Assembly (NCBI RefSeq): GCF_963506605.1
Contig: NC_083279.1
Location: forward strand, 100,502,001 to 100,566,000
Source of the DNA: Zootoca vivipara
Taxonomy: Eukaryota
Direction: 5' to 3'
DNA: 64,000 nt
The position numbers and the translations under genes are program-made. Below are positions 12,345 through 23,973 of this stretch, piece by piece (positions within the stretch are counted from its first letter, which is position 1; every line of letters begins with the position of its first letter). The notes under the pieces are model-generated. The model was not told the origin of the DNA. It saw only the letters and a list, made by a program, of their open reading frames with translations, and ran no database searches.

Positions 12345-12605
12345 GATGGGCTTGAAGCCCTGTGAGTGCTACTCACCTGAAAGAGAAGGAGAGGGTAGAT
12401 TCACAATGCCAAATTGGGTTTGATCCTTGAAACCAAAATGCTCTCCCGTCTCTAATGGTAAGCCATGAGGCAGCATTTCTCTCTCCCCCCCCCTCAATTG
12501 TTGCCTTCTTTACTGATCACATAATGCATCTTAACTAGCAGGACTCATTGTTCAGGCCTGACATGTTGGGCATTAGGGCAAGACAGTTCAAGAAACTATT
12601 TGTGT

Positions 12606-12940
12606 GTCTCTTTTTTATCATTGTTATTAAATTTTCTGTTTTCCAATTTCAAATACTCATTTCACACCCTTAAGATATCAATGACTTCCCTTCTTCTCTT
12701 TCCATGCTTCAATGTACATATCTTAAACCCCTGCACATTTAACAAAAACTATACCAATCAGTTTTCCATTATTGCATCCATCAAAACCTAATTACACGGT
12801 TGAATTGATCTTAATGCTGCCGATGTTTTCAGCTGTATACAATTACTTCCCATATATTCAATAAACGTTTTCCAATCTTCTCTAAACATATGTTCTTCTT
12901 GTTCTCTTATTCCTCTATGCTAAGTCTGCAAATTGTGCAG
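12606..12940 (-). mobile_element. L1/Tx1-like 3' fragment in the intron of OR copy 2
   Basis: Minus-strand ...QEEHMFREDWKTFIEYM ORF2-like end, imperfect TSD, absent from the paralogous intron near 990. Confidence 0.6.
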
Positions 12941-13801
12941 ATTAGAAACAAATTGTGTCTTCTGGTAGACACACCCCATACTTCCAGGAGCAGCTGGTGA
13001 GGAGCAACATGGACACAGACTGTGGACAGTGGTCACTGCCGCATATCAGGGTTGGGTGAGCTTGGGACACTGTGGGTCCACCAGCGGTTGTCTTGGATTG
13101 TACCTGCCAGTCCACTCACACACACACCCCACCTGGTGCATAAGGGGCCTTGTGAGGATGAGAAAGACCCCTTTCTCCTTGCGGTCTTGAGGACCCACCA
13201 AATGGAATCCTAGTAAAGATCCATTCTAAGACTCTTGAGGGCTCATTCGGGGTCTTATTGGGAACAAGAAACGCGGCAGAGCATTTTTATTGGTTTTGTT
13301 AAAAAGAGATAAGCTTGGCCATCGGCAACAAGAGGAGCCTGCAATAGTCATTCGCAGAAGCCCCAAACCAGCTCTTCTGATTGATGAACTTTCCCCCGGT
13401 GCCCGAAATCTAATGGAACCAGTCTTATAAGAGCTTGTCAAAAGAAGTCTATTGTGGTCAGCAACAGTGCTATTCAACCTTTCCCACAGGAACCCTCTCC
13501 CCTCCCGTGCTTCCCAGCAACTGATATAATATAAATATATTTGATACAAATAAAATGCCCATATTCAGACTAAGCAGGAGAGGGTTCCGGGTGGGGGTTC
13601 TATGGATCAGTTGGTTAGAGCGTGGTGCTGATGACACCAAGGCTGAAGTTTCCCCCCCCCCCTGTATGGAACAGCTGCCTATTTCTGCAGTGGAAGAGGT
13701 TGGGATGGATGACCCTCAGGGTCCCTTCCAACTCTTTGACTCTATTATGATCCTATAATTCTGTGATTCTAGTACCAAGAAGAAATCCCCCCTCAACATA
13801 C

Positions 13802-13930
13802 CTTCGAGAGAACGCTCTCCAGCAACAGTGGCTGTGTGGACCCTGCCTGCGCAACCTCACACAGCCAACACAGCTGTGCAAAGGAGAGGCATTTATAGAC
13901 AGCCCAGTCCCTGGGGGCCAATTTGTTACC
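13802..13930 (-). promoter_or_regulatory. Promoter and non-coding exon 1 of OR copy 2
   Basis: TATAAA at 13892-13897, O/E (EBF) site TCCCTGGGGG at 13908-13917, donor AAG|GTATGT at 13802/13801. Confidence 0.7.
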
Positions 13931-14423
13931 TCTGGGAAACTGGCTATGGATTCCAAACTGAAGGCTGTGCCCCAATCTAATACATACAGAGATTTCTTTT
14001 ATGCTGAGGCTGTTTTGCACATAGAATCATGGGACTGTGGAGTCCAACCCTTTACGATGTAATGTCATTGAAAGCCGCCTCCACCACCACCACCTCCTCC
14101 TCCACCTCCTCCACGAATTTGTCTAATCCTTGTTTAAAGCTACGCCTGTTGGTGAACTTCATTACAGCTTTCCCCGATAGGCTTCCTCTGAAGTGTATGT
14201 GGGGATTCAAGTCTCCTAAATTGGCAACACAGATAGATGTAATCTAAAAGATAGTTTTTATTCACCACACAAGAAGTTTCCAGAAAGGTAGGAACAAATG
14301 TGCATACAATATTTCCAGAGGCCCAATTCAGTTTGCCAAAAGTTAATTCTACTTTGGTTTGTTTTAAATTATGGAATAAACCCACCATGCATTTTTCAAT
14401 TTATTATCAAGAGTATGAGGAAA

Positions 14424-14435
14424 GTGTGTGTGTGT

Positions 14436-14507
<72 letters not shown>
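14424..14507. repeat. (GT)n(GA)n microsatellite
   Basis: Direct reading. Confidence 0.95.
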
Positions 14508-14512
<5 letters not shown>

Positions 14513-15052
14513 TCTCCCAAGGGACCCTTTTCTGTCACTGAGGGAGAGTCCTCCTGCACATTGCATTTCCTTGAGCATGAAGCTCTCTCTAGCTACCTCA
14601 CAACCAACAATGAGTACAAGTGGCTTTAGGAGATTTCCTACTCTGCATAACAAATTCCGTAGCATTTATCACCTACATAGTGGTTGACAACCCTTTTGTT
14701 ACACATCCCTGAATAACACCGAGGTAGGTCACTAAGAAACACCTTCTCGGGGGCCTCTTTCTGCAGGAGGCCCTTGTCCACGGAGCTCAGTGATGAGCAG
14801 GGTAGAGGACAGATCCTTCAGGAAATGGTGTGGCAACTACACAAGAAGCATGGCTACTAGGGTCTTGCAGCTCCTGAGAGCTGCCTGGAAGGACACGTGG
14901 TCATTGGCTTGGAGATGCAGCAGATCAGTGCACAGCTTTGTTCTGCCTGATTTGTCTAACAAGGACTATGATCTTAAAGGATGGCCAAGCACACCTGTAC
15001 AGATGAGCTGTTAAATAACTCTAGGATAATCTGTTCTAAAGAAAATTCTGGG

Positions 15053-16018
15053 TCAATGAGAGCCTCCCTCCCTCCCTATCCTCATTATCCTCAATGCCCG
15101 TTTCCGAATCTCCTTGGTCCTGGCTCCATAGACAATGGGGTTGAGCACAGGGGGCACCAAGAGGTAGACGTTGCCCATTGTGACTTGAATCAGCACAGGA
15201 AGGTCTCTCCCAAACCTGTGCACCACGGAGAGTCCAATCAGGGGCACGTAGAAGGACAAGACAACACACACATGGGCCACACAGGTCCCAGAAGCCCGGA
15301 GGCGCTCCTCCTTTGACTTCAGCTGCAGGACAGTCTTAATAATCATCACGTAGGAGACAAAGATGAGCAGGGAATCGAGACCCATCACCAGGAGAATGGC
15401 AGCCAAGCCATACACAACATTGGGTGTGGTGCTGTTGCTCGAAGCCAGGTGCATGACATCTTGGTGGAGGCAATAGGAATGGGTGAGGTTGGTGGAGCCG
15501 CAGAAGTGCAGGCGGCTGATCAGAAAGGGCAGAGGAAGGAAGAAGGCGACCCCTCTCACCACGGCCACCAATCCCACTTTCGCCGTCACTGCGTTGGTGA
15601 GGATGGAGGAATGCTGCAGGGGGTGGCAGATGGCCACGTAACGATCCACTGCCATGGCCAGAAGGATGGTGGACTCCACTCCGGACAGAGAGTGGATGAA
15701 GAACATCTGGAGGAGGCAGGTCCTGTAGCCAATTTCCTTGGAATCAAACCAGAAGAGGGACAGGAGTTTGGGCATGGTGCAGGTGGAGAGGGCCAGGTCC
15801 ACGGCTGCCAGCATGCAGAGGAAGAAGTACATGGGCGTGTGGAGGGCTGGCTCCGCCTTCACGACAAGCACCACCGTGCAGTTGCCCACCACTGCCACAA
15901 GGTACATGGCGCAGAGGGGGAAGGCCAGCCAGAAGTGGGCACCTTCCAGGCCAGGTAAGCCCATCAAGATGAACGAGAACGAGTCACTATGAGTTCTGTT
16001 AGTGACGGACAATGACAT
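15053..16018 (-). CDS. OR51E2: Class I olfactory receptor, OR51E2-like copy 3 (321 aa, intact)
   Basis: Start assigned at 16018 by homology (MSLSVTNRTHS) and the acceptor at 16053-16054; the track's extension to 16105 crosses that acceptor. Confidence 0.93.
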   Translation of the reverse strand: MSLSVTNRTHSDSFSFILMGLPGLEGAHFWLAFPLCAMYLVAVVGNCTVVLVVKAEPALHTPMYFFLCMLAAVDLALSTCTMPKLLSLFWFDSKEIGYRTCLLQMFFIHSLSGVESTILLAMAVDRYVAICHPLQHSSILTNAVTAKVGLVAVVRGVAFFLPLPFLISRLHFCGSTNLTHSYCLHQDVMHLASSNSTTPNVVYGLAAILLVMGLDSLLIFVSYVMIIKTVLQLKSKEERLRASGTCVAHVCVVLSFYVPLIGLSVVHRFGRDLPVLIQVTMGNVYLLVPPVLNPIVYGARTKEIRKRALRIMRIGREGGSH

Positions 16019-16699
16019 GTCCAGTGTGATGGCCTTGTGTTGTTCTACACAGCTGAAAGGGAAGGAGAGAGAAGGCGTCAGGTGGGTTTGAGCCCATGAA
16101 AACATAATGACAGCTCCCCATTCCTATGTGGCCAAGCAGAGCAAGTCAACTCCAAGGGGTCATAGGATGAACATTAGCTAGGAGGGGTTGAAGGAACCAT
16201 GAGGGTAATGTCCAGGCCTGCCAGTTGACTTATTTCTAATCCAGTTTTAAACCAGGCAGAAAAATCGCAAAGCAGAGCACAATTAAAAATGAACAGCTCG
16301 TGTTCTTCAAACCAAATTTCATGAGGAACTCTTAAGGGTTATGTTAAGGGTTATGTTAAGACTGAGAGGTCACACGATAGCCATCTTCAACTATCTGAAG
16401 GGCTGTCCCATGGAAGAGGGAGCAAGCCTCTTTTCTGGTGCTCCAGAAGTTACAAGAAAGGAGATTCCAACTAAATCTCAGGAGGAACAACCTTTGGACA
16501 TTGGAACAGGCTTCCATGAGAGGTGGTGGACTCTCCTTGCTTGGAGGTTCTGAAGCAGAGGTTGGGTGGCCATCGGTTGGGGAGCTGCTTCTCCAGCTGC
16601 ACTGTCTCCCGGTGGAATACAGGGTCAGGTTGAAGGTGCTGGTTTTGACCTTTAAAGCCCTTCACTTTCCCACCTTCCACTCCCAAAAAATTAATGATT

Positions 16700-17270
16700 G
16701 TTTTACAGGTTATTTTATTCCACAGGCGTACACGCACGCAGGCACTTGCTGTTGAAGGGCCGGAAAGGAGTTTCCCTGCATTGGCAGGTTTCGCCTTTCC
16801 CGTAGCAATTCGTCGCAACTTTGGCGGATGTAGGTCTTGGGCAGAATCCTTTAGTCATCTACATAAATGGGGGGGGCGTGGAGTGGTGACCCCCCATCCC
16901 CATTGCGGCGGCGATAACAGGGTTCCTGTAAATGGGGCTAAGGGGGAGGCATTGACCATACGCAATAGGCTGTCATTGCCCTCCCCCTCCAGTGGCTGCG
17001 ATCGAGGGGGGGCGAGCTATCTGCTTGAACATATGTTCTCCAGAGCTAGCCCAACCCCCCCAAAAAAACATGCTGGATAACCCTGAAATTACCCAGATCC
17101 CTGGCTGGGGCCTGAGAAGGATATATGCCCAATGCCTGAGCCAAGGTCTCCCTTCATCTGAATTCTTAATAAAGTTGTGGCCAATTTTAATCCCATAGAA
17201 CGTGGTCTTGTGTCATCATTCTGCTCGGGGGCTGCCTGGGGCTTTGGGGGACTCTCCCTGACTGCGCAAC
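16700..17270 (+). mobile_element. Putative Gypsy-type solo LTR
   Basis: TATA-like GATATATG, AATAAAGTTGTGGCC, ends ...GCAACA; left end and TSD unclear. Confidence 0.4.
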
Positions 17271-18327
17271 ATTAGATTCAAGATGCTTTCAGTGCTGCTG
17301 CTGCTGCATTATTTGCAAAAGGCGCCATGTATGTAGTCAGCCTGCCTGCCAGCCTCTCTTCTCCAATGACCCGGTTGCTGTGGCCACACCCTTTCCCAGT
17401 CATTTTTTTTCTGGGGGGGATGCATGCCCCTAAACATTTTGTGAATCTTTGTACCTTTGTCCATTTTACTGTATCAATCTGGAGCTCTTTGGGGGGGTTG
17501 CGTTGTTCTCGCGCCACCCCCTTTCCCTTTCGGCGCAGGGAATCTTGGAGCTCGAGAATTCCCCGCCGGCTGCAATGGCGACGAACCGGAAGCCCCCCCC
17601 TTAACATTTTTTAAAAAGAAAAAAAGCACTGCTCTTTCCTACCTTTGACTGCGAAGACATCAGAACAGCAGCCTAACACATCCTACTCAGAGGTTAGCGG
17701 GTTACGGAAACAACCAGGTCGGCCTTTGCCAACCTGATGTCTCCAGATGTTTTGGACTATAGCTTTCATCTCTTTCAGCAGCCAGCATGGGCAATGGTCT
17801 GGGACAAAAACATCTGGATGGCGCCAGAATCACAAAGGCTCATCTAAGCACCAGGGTTGCCTGCCTTGAGTTCAAAACATGGAGCTGGAAAGCAGTGCCA
17901 TGTACGGTAGGAAGTTGGACTCAGTGACCCTTGGGGTATCTTGCAATGCTGCAATGCTTCTGTGGCTCAGAGTTTGCACATTTTCATGCCACTTTCTCCC
18001 TAAGTTATGGAAAGGGTGAGAGGGGGAAATGTTAGGTAGCCTTTTCTCTCCTGCACTTCTGCACATTCATACAGAGCAGAATATTGTCATAGATCTTGGG
18101 TACCAGAGTCTGTCAGTGAATGGTAAAAAATAATACACAGCAGTAGTTAGATAATATCTGGGACATGAAGGGGAAATACAATCTGCAGAACTGTGATATA
18201 CTGTATGCAAATTTCCTGGACTTCTGAAGGGGGGCAATGAGGGACACTCATGGGGCATAATGTTCTGCACCCCCCCCCCCATTGAAAACCTCCGGTGTAA
18301 ATATATTCCAAATAAACTACCGGTATA

Positions 18328-18756
18328 CCGCATGGGCCAGTATATCAGCCACACATTTATTCCGAATTCCAACCATGGAAAGTTAAAGTGCGGCTTAAAT
18401 TCACGACCTTACAAAAACTTGGCTTTTACGATATCGCTGCTGAAACAGACATACGGTAAAACAGAACAAAAAAAAAATGTTTTATTGCCAATTTGCGAGC
18501 TCGAATGCCTGCGGAATTGTAGCAATTGAATAGCGATTTGCGATTTTAGCAATTGTATGTCAACTTTTTGCGGGCTTGCAAGATCAAAGGCTTAAATTGG
18601 CTCGGAGTTACAATTCTACCAGCCGCAGCGGTTTTCAGCCTGTAACCCAATTTTAAGGGAGCGTCTTATATTCGGGTATTGTCTCCTCCTCCCCCCCCCT
18701 TGAATTTTAAAGGTGCGGCTTATTTGCAGGTGTGGCTTATATTCGGGCCAACACAG
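18328..18756. mobile_element. Tc1/mariner (pogo/Tc2-like) non-autonomous element
   Basis: Degenerate TIRs CCGCATGGGCC...AGCCACAC / GTGTGGCTTATATTCGGGCCAACACAG, TA on both sides. Confidence 0.7.
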
Positions 18757-19873
18757 TACTTCTTAGAGAAACTCTAGCCTTCACAGTGCCTCGGTTTCCC
18801 CAATGGAAGCCCAATCTTGGTGAGCTCCTGGGCCCCTTGGGATCTTGCTATCTCTCTGCAGAGATTGGGGGGTAGGGTAGGGGTGGAGTGGTAACAATAC
18901 TTTGAGTGGAACACTAGGATACATGGAGGTTGCTGTGGCTTTTCTAGAGGGCAGGCAGTGTACACACCATAAGTTTTGCACATTTGGAGCCTGTTCTGTC
19001 CCTTAAATAATTCTCTTGTTCACCTTGCACAGAGTTACAGGTCCCAGAAACCCTTTGATCATAAGAGCAGCCTGTGTGATCAGGCAATGGCCCGTCTAGT
19101 CCAGCGTCCTGTTCTCACAGTGGCAAAAAGATGCTTGAGAAGACAAATAAATTGGAGTCCTTGGAGAGTTGAGAAAATCAAATGAAAAGATTCTAAGAGC
19201 TCTGGCCAGGTAAAGGAATAATTTTAAGAAAGTTTTAAGTTGAGAATAATAAGACAAATTCCGGTAGCAATCCAGTTTTTAGAAATCCAGGACAAGGCCC
19301 TGTTTCGGTTTATTCTTCATCAGCTCTAGTTTCATAGTTTCAAGGTCAAAGCGTACAGTTTTTCTCCAGAGAAAACTAGAGCTGATGAATCTTTTCATTT
19401 GTTATGGGAAGACGACAAGCAGGATCCGAGCGCAAGAGCATTATCCCCTCCTGTGGTTTCCATCAATGCAATTGATGGGGGGGGATAAGGAGAGCCTTCA
19501 AATGTCCTTCAAAACATGCTTCAGAATGTGTTTTAACAGCACAGTGGTTGCACAGCCCATGAGAGAAGAACTCAGGGACTGTGCAAATTGACTCTTGGAA
19601 AACCTCTGCTTAAAATAAGCCTGCAAACCAACCCCAGGAGGTTATTCTCCCAGCCTCTCCTTGATAACATCTTGGTAAAAAAGCCCCATACAAGTGTCTG
19701 GGCTCATACAAACATCACATCTCCCTGTTTCTGCTCCGGTGCCTTTTATCACGAGCAGACGAATCCAGACAGGATGAAAGGATTCTCAACTTTTTTGGGG
19801 GGGTGGGGGGATACACAAACCCCAGGTTTGCAACACACCTAAGATTCAAGAGCAAGAGGCAAGCATCCCCTAC

Positions 19874-20040
19874 CTTTCCCGTACCTTTGTCACTCTGGGA
19901 GGGGGATCATCCTCTACCACCAGAGGCCAGGCAGACCCTTCCTTGCAATGAAAGCCGCTAGCAGAACTGAACAGGCAGAGAAGGAGGCTGGAATTATTAT
20001 AGTGGACTCTCAAGCCCGGCCCCTTGGGGACAGTTTGTCA
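19874..20040 (-). promoter_or_regulatory. Candidate promoter and non-coding exon 1 of OR copy 3
   Basis: Same layout as the other two: O/E site TCCCCAAGGGG at 20020-20030, TATA-like CTATAAT at 19996-20002, tandem donors AAAG|GTACGG (19885) and AAAG|GTAGGG (19874). Confidence 0.55.
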
Positions 20041-20817
20041 TTGCCACCGGGGGGGGTGCTGCTGCTGCAAGAAGCTGAACTGTTGAACTGAAGCTGCCTT
20101 ATATAGCTAGCCCATCTAGCTCAGTGTGGCAGGCTCTGACACGCAGCAGCAGCCGCAGCTCTTCAGACAGAGTTGTTTTCCCAGCCCGAGGATTCCTTTC
20201 CGATGAAAGATGAGGATGAGGACTGAAGCAGGGAAGGGACCTTGTTCAGGCACAGGGTGTGCTCTGTGACACGACTGCAGCCCTTCCAAGGGCACACAGG
20301 CAGCAGACACAGGCTTCAGTGTGCCACTGCCCCAGTTCTCTGTTGCTGATGATCACGGCAGGTTGCTGACGGACAGATAACACAGGTGCTGAGGAGGAAG
20401 AATCTGTGGCTCAGGGAGGTCTCTGGTCAAACTGAATTGGAAGAAGAGCAGGGGAAACGGGGACATGCGCAGAGTGTCTCTGAATTCCATCAGTTTCCGA
20501 TGGTGAGCATAAAAAATGTCCAGTGAGTCACATTTGCTGTGGTCCCTTCCAGCTCAACAGTTGCATTCTGTGAAACTTCCTCCTTATATGTAAAGGCATA
20601 CAGGTTTGCAGCCAAAGGCAGCTGCCTAAGGCTGCAGTCCGGAAATGCGTGCTTTCTTGTAACCTGAACCAATGGGTTCAAATGACAAGAAAGGAGATTC
20701 TGACTAAATATTAGGAAGAACTTTCCAAGGATAAGAGCTGTACGGCAGTGGAACAGACTCCCTCGGAAGGTGCTGGGCTCCCCTTATAAGCAAAGGTTGG
20801 CTGGCCATCTGCTAGGG

Positions 20818-21146
20818 CAGGGGTCAGCAAACCTTTTCAGCAGGGGGCCAGTCCACTCTCCCTCAGACCTTGTGGGGGGGCCGGACTATCTTTTTTTTGG
20901 GGGGGGGGGAATGAACGAATTCCTATGCCCCACAAATAACCCAGAGATGCATTTTAAATAAAAGGACACATTCTACTCATGTAAAAACACCAGGCAGGCC
21001 CCACAAATAACCCAGAGATGTATTTTGAATAAAAAGACACATTCTACTCATGTAAAAATATGCTGATTCCCGGACTGTCCACGGGCTGGATTTAGAAGGT
21101 GATTGGGCCGCATCCAGCCCCCGGGCCTTAGTTTGGGGCACCCCTG
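20818..21146. mobile_element. hAT MITE inside a CR1 3' fragment
   Basis: CAGGGG...CCCCTG termini, 8-bp TSD TGCTAGGG; same family as 28563-28796. Confidence 0.9.
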
Positions 21147-21309
21147 TGCTAGGGCTTCTCTAGCTGTGATTTCTGCATTGCAGAGTGTTGGACTCGATTA
21201 CCCTTGGGGGTCCTTTCCATAATTCTATGAATTGGAAAGGGTTACGGTTTATTGAAATCAGTAGGACTTAGTTCCAAGAAAACATTATTTGGATAGGTGC
21301 ATAGGGATG

Positions 21310-22374
21310 TAGAATCGTAGAATCATAGAATCATAGAATCACAGAGTTGGAAGAGACCACAAGGGCCATCCAGTCCAACCCCCTGCCGAGCAGGAAACAC
21401 CATCAAAGCATTCTTGACATATGGCTGTCAAGCCTCCGCTTAAAGACCTCCAAAGAAGGAGACTCCACCATGCTCCTTGGCAGCAAATTCCACTGCTGAA
21501 CAGCTCTTACTGTCAGGAAGTTCTTCCTAATGTTTAGGTGGAATCTTCTTTCTCCCTCCTCTATATGACATCCTTTGATATATTTGAACATGGCTATCAT
21601 ATCACCCCTTAACCTTCTCTTCTCCAGGCTAAACATACCCAGCTCCCTAAGCCGTTCCTCATAAGGCATTGTTTCCAGGCCTTTGACCATTTTGGTTGCC
21701 CTCTTCTGGACACGTTCCAGCTTGTCAGTATCCTTCTTGAACTGTGGTGCCCAGAACTGGACACAGTATTCCAGGTGAGGTCTGACCAGAGCAGAATACA
21801 GTGGTACTATTACTTCCCTTGATCTAGATGCTATACTCCTGTTGATGCGGCCCAGAATTGCATTGGCTTTTTTAGCTGCTGCATCACACTGTTGACTCAT
21901 GTCAAGTTTGTGGTCTACCAAGACTCCTAGATCCTTTTCACATGTACTGCTCTCAAGCCAGGTGTCTCCCATCCTGTATTTGTGCCTTTCATTTATTTTC
22001 CCCAAGTGTAGTACTTTACATTTCTCCCTGTTAAAATTCATCTTCTTTGCTTTGGCCCAGTTTTCTAATCTGTTAAGGTCATTTTGAAGTGTGACCCTGT
22101 CCTCTGGGGTATTTGCCACCGCTCCCAATTTGGCGTCGTCTGCAAACTTGATCAGGATGCCCTCAAGCCCATCATCCAAGTCATTGATAAAGATGTTGAA
22201 TAAGACTGGGCCCAAGACAGAACCGTGTGGCACCCCACTAGTCACTACTCTCCAGGATGAGGAGGAGCCATTGATGAGCACCCTTTGGGTTCGGTCAGTA
22301 AGCCAGTTACAAATCCACTGAATGGTAGCATTGTCTAGCCCGCATTTTACCAGCTTGATGAGCACCCTTTGGGT
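21310..22374 (-). mobile_element. 5'-truncated CR1 LINE
   Basis: RT motifs [10 protein letters not shown] and KFADD, octamer tail, about 60-bp internal deletion near 21548. Confidence 0.95.
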
Positions 22375-22775
22375 GGAACTGGGTTCCACACAGTCACAAA
22401 AACAAAAACAAAAAGCCACAAAAACAAAAAATAAATAGCAAAAAGAGACACACCTCCGCATAACACTCAAAACAGAGCACGTTTGGCTTCTGAAAAAAGT
22501 ACTTGTGACAGGATTCAGTTCAGTTTGCCTTCAGTGCTGAATTTATCAAACTCGTGATTCCAGAAACGAAATGAGAACGGAAATGTTGGCAACCTCCAGA
22601 TTTCGCAACTCATCCACCCACTGTGGAGTGGGTGACCCAATGATACTCATAATCAGCATTAAGAAGTTTTCATAGAACGCAGCACACTTGGCGCTTTCTG
22701 CAGCTGGTGAAGTGAATAAAAGAGAATGTGGGAAACTGCCTTATACACCGACTTCTGTCTCAGTACTGTCTAGAC

Positions 22776-23319
22776 TAGGGGTAGCCAACCTGGTCCCTAC
22801 TGCCCACTAGTGGGCATTTCAGGATTCCGTGGGGGGGGTCAGTAGGGCGTTCTAGGCCACATGTTACTGCAGCACTGGTGGGCGGCAAGGAAAATTTACC
22901 ACCAAGGGGAAAGAAATGCATTAGTGGGCGGTAGGTATAAAAAGGTTGCCTACCCCCGGTCTGGAGGAGACTCTTGAGAGTCCCATGGACTGCTAGAAGA
23001 TCAAACCTATCCATTCTTAAGGAAATCAGCCCTGAGTGCTCCCTGGAAGGACAGATCGTGAAGCTGAGGCTCCAATACTTTGGCCACCTCATGAGAAGAG
23101 AAGAATCCTTGGAAAAGACCCTGATGTTGGGAAAGATTGAGGGCACTAGGAGAAGGGGACGACAGAGGACAAGATGGTTGGACAGTGTTCTCGAAGCTAC
23201 GAACATGAGTTTGACCAAACTGCGGGAGGCAGTGCAAGACAGGAGTGCCTGGCGTGCTATGGTCCATGGGGTCACGAAGAGTCGGACACGACTAAACGAC
23301 TAAACAACAACCACCCCCG
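22776..23319. mobile_element. hAT MITE carrying a BovB 3' fragment (about 22963-23312, +)
   Basis: MITE TSD GTCTAGAC (22768-22775, 23320-23327). BovB TSD ACCCCCGGTCT (22952-22962, 23313-23323), RT C-terminus ...HGVTKSRTRLND and (CAA)n tail. Confidence 0.88.
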
Positions 23320-23618
23320 GTCTAGACTGACAGGCAGTGGCTCATCGAGGTGTCAGGCAGGAAGTCTCTCCCAGGCATGCATTGCAGGGGGTTGGGCTGG
23401 ATGACCCCCCAGGGTCTCTTCCAACTCTAAGATTCTATGATTCAGGTGGAACTTGAGACCTTCTGCATGGACGGCAGATGCTCCACCACCCAGCTGCAGC
23501 CGTTCCCCATAAAGCGCAGCTCTAGCCCACAAAAAGCTTCCGGCACAATAAATGTTGTTGGCATATAAAGTGCCACCTGACTCTTTTATTACCATTGTAA
23601 TACCATTGTGATGGCAAC

Positions 23619-23973
23619 CGTTATAAGAAAAATACTGCTCCTTTTCCCTTCTGGGGTATGCAAGAGCCCATCTAGAGTCCTTAAGTGGGTCCCCTATCGG
23701 AAGGAGAAAATAACAGAGGCCAACCAGAGAATATTGAGAAGCAAAGCGGCTAGTAAACCTGACCTTTATTAACTGTTGCCTCTTGCGTGTGGTGAGCGGG
23801 GACCCTGCTGCAAGAGTTTAATAAAGATCAGGCTTCCTAGCTGCTTTGCTTCTCAATATTCTCTGGTTGGCCTCTGTTATTTTCTCCTTCCGATAGGGAA
23901 CCCACTTAAGGATTCTAGGCAGGCTCTTGGATACCCCGTAAGGGAAAAGGAGCAGGGCTTTTTTCTTATAACA
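23619..23973. mobile_element. Fold-back element made of two inverted LTR-like 3' ends
   Basis: About 160-bp imperfect inverted arms, (C/T)GTTATAAG...CTTATAACA termini, 4-bp flanking repeat CAAC. Confidence 0.7.

Noticed and set aside
15053-16105. 350-aa version of OR copy 3
   Set aside because: The extra N-terminus crosses the conserved splice acceptor; paralogs start at the MSLS methionine.
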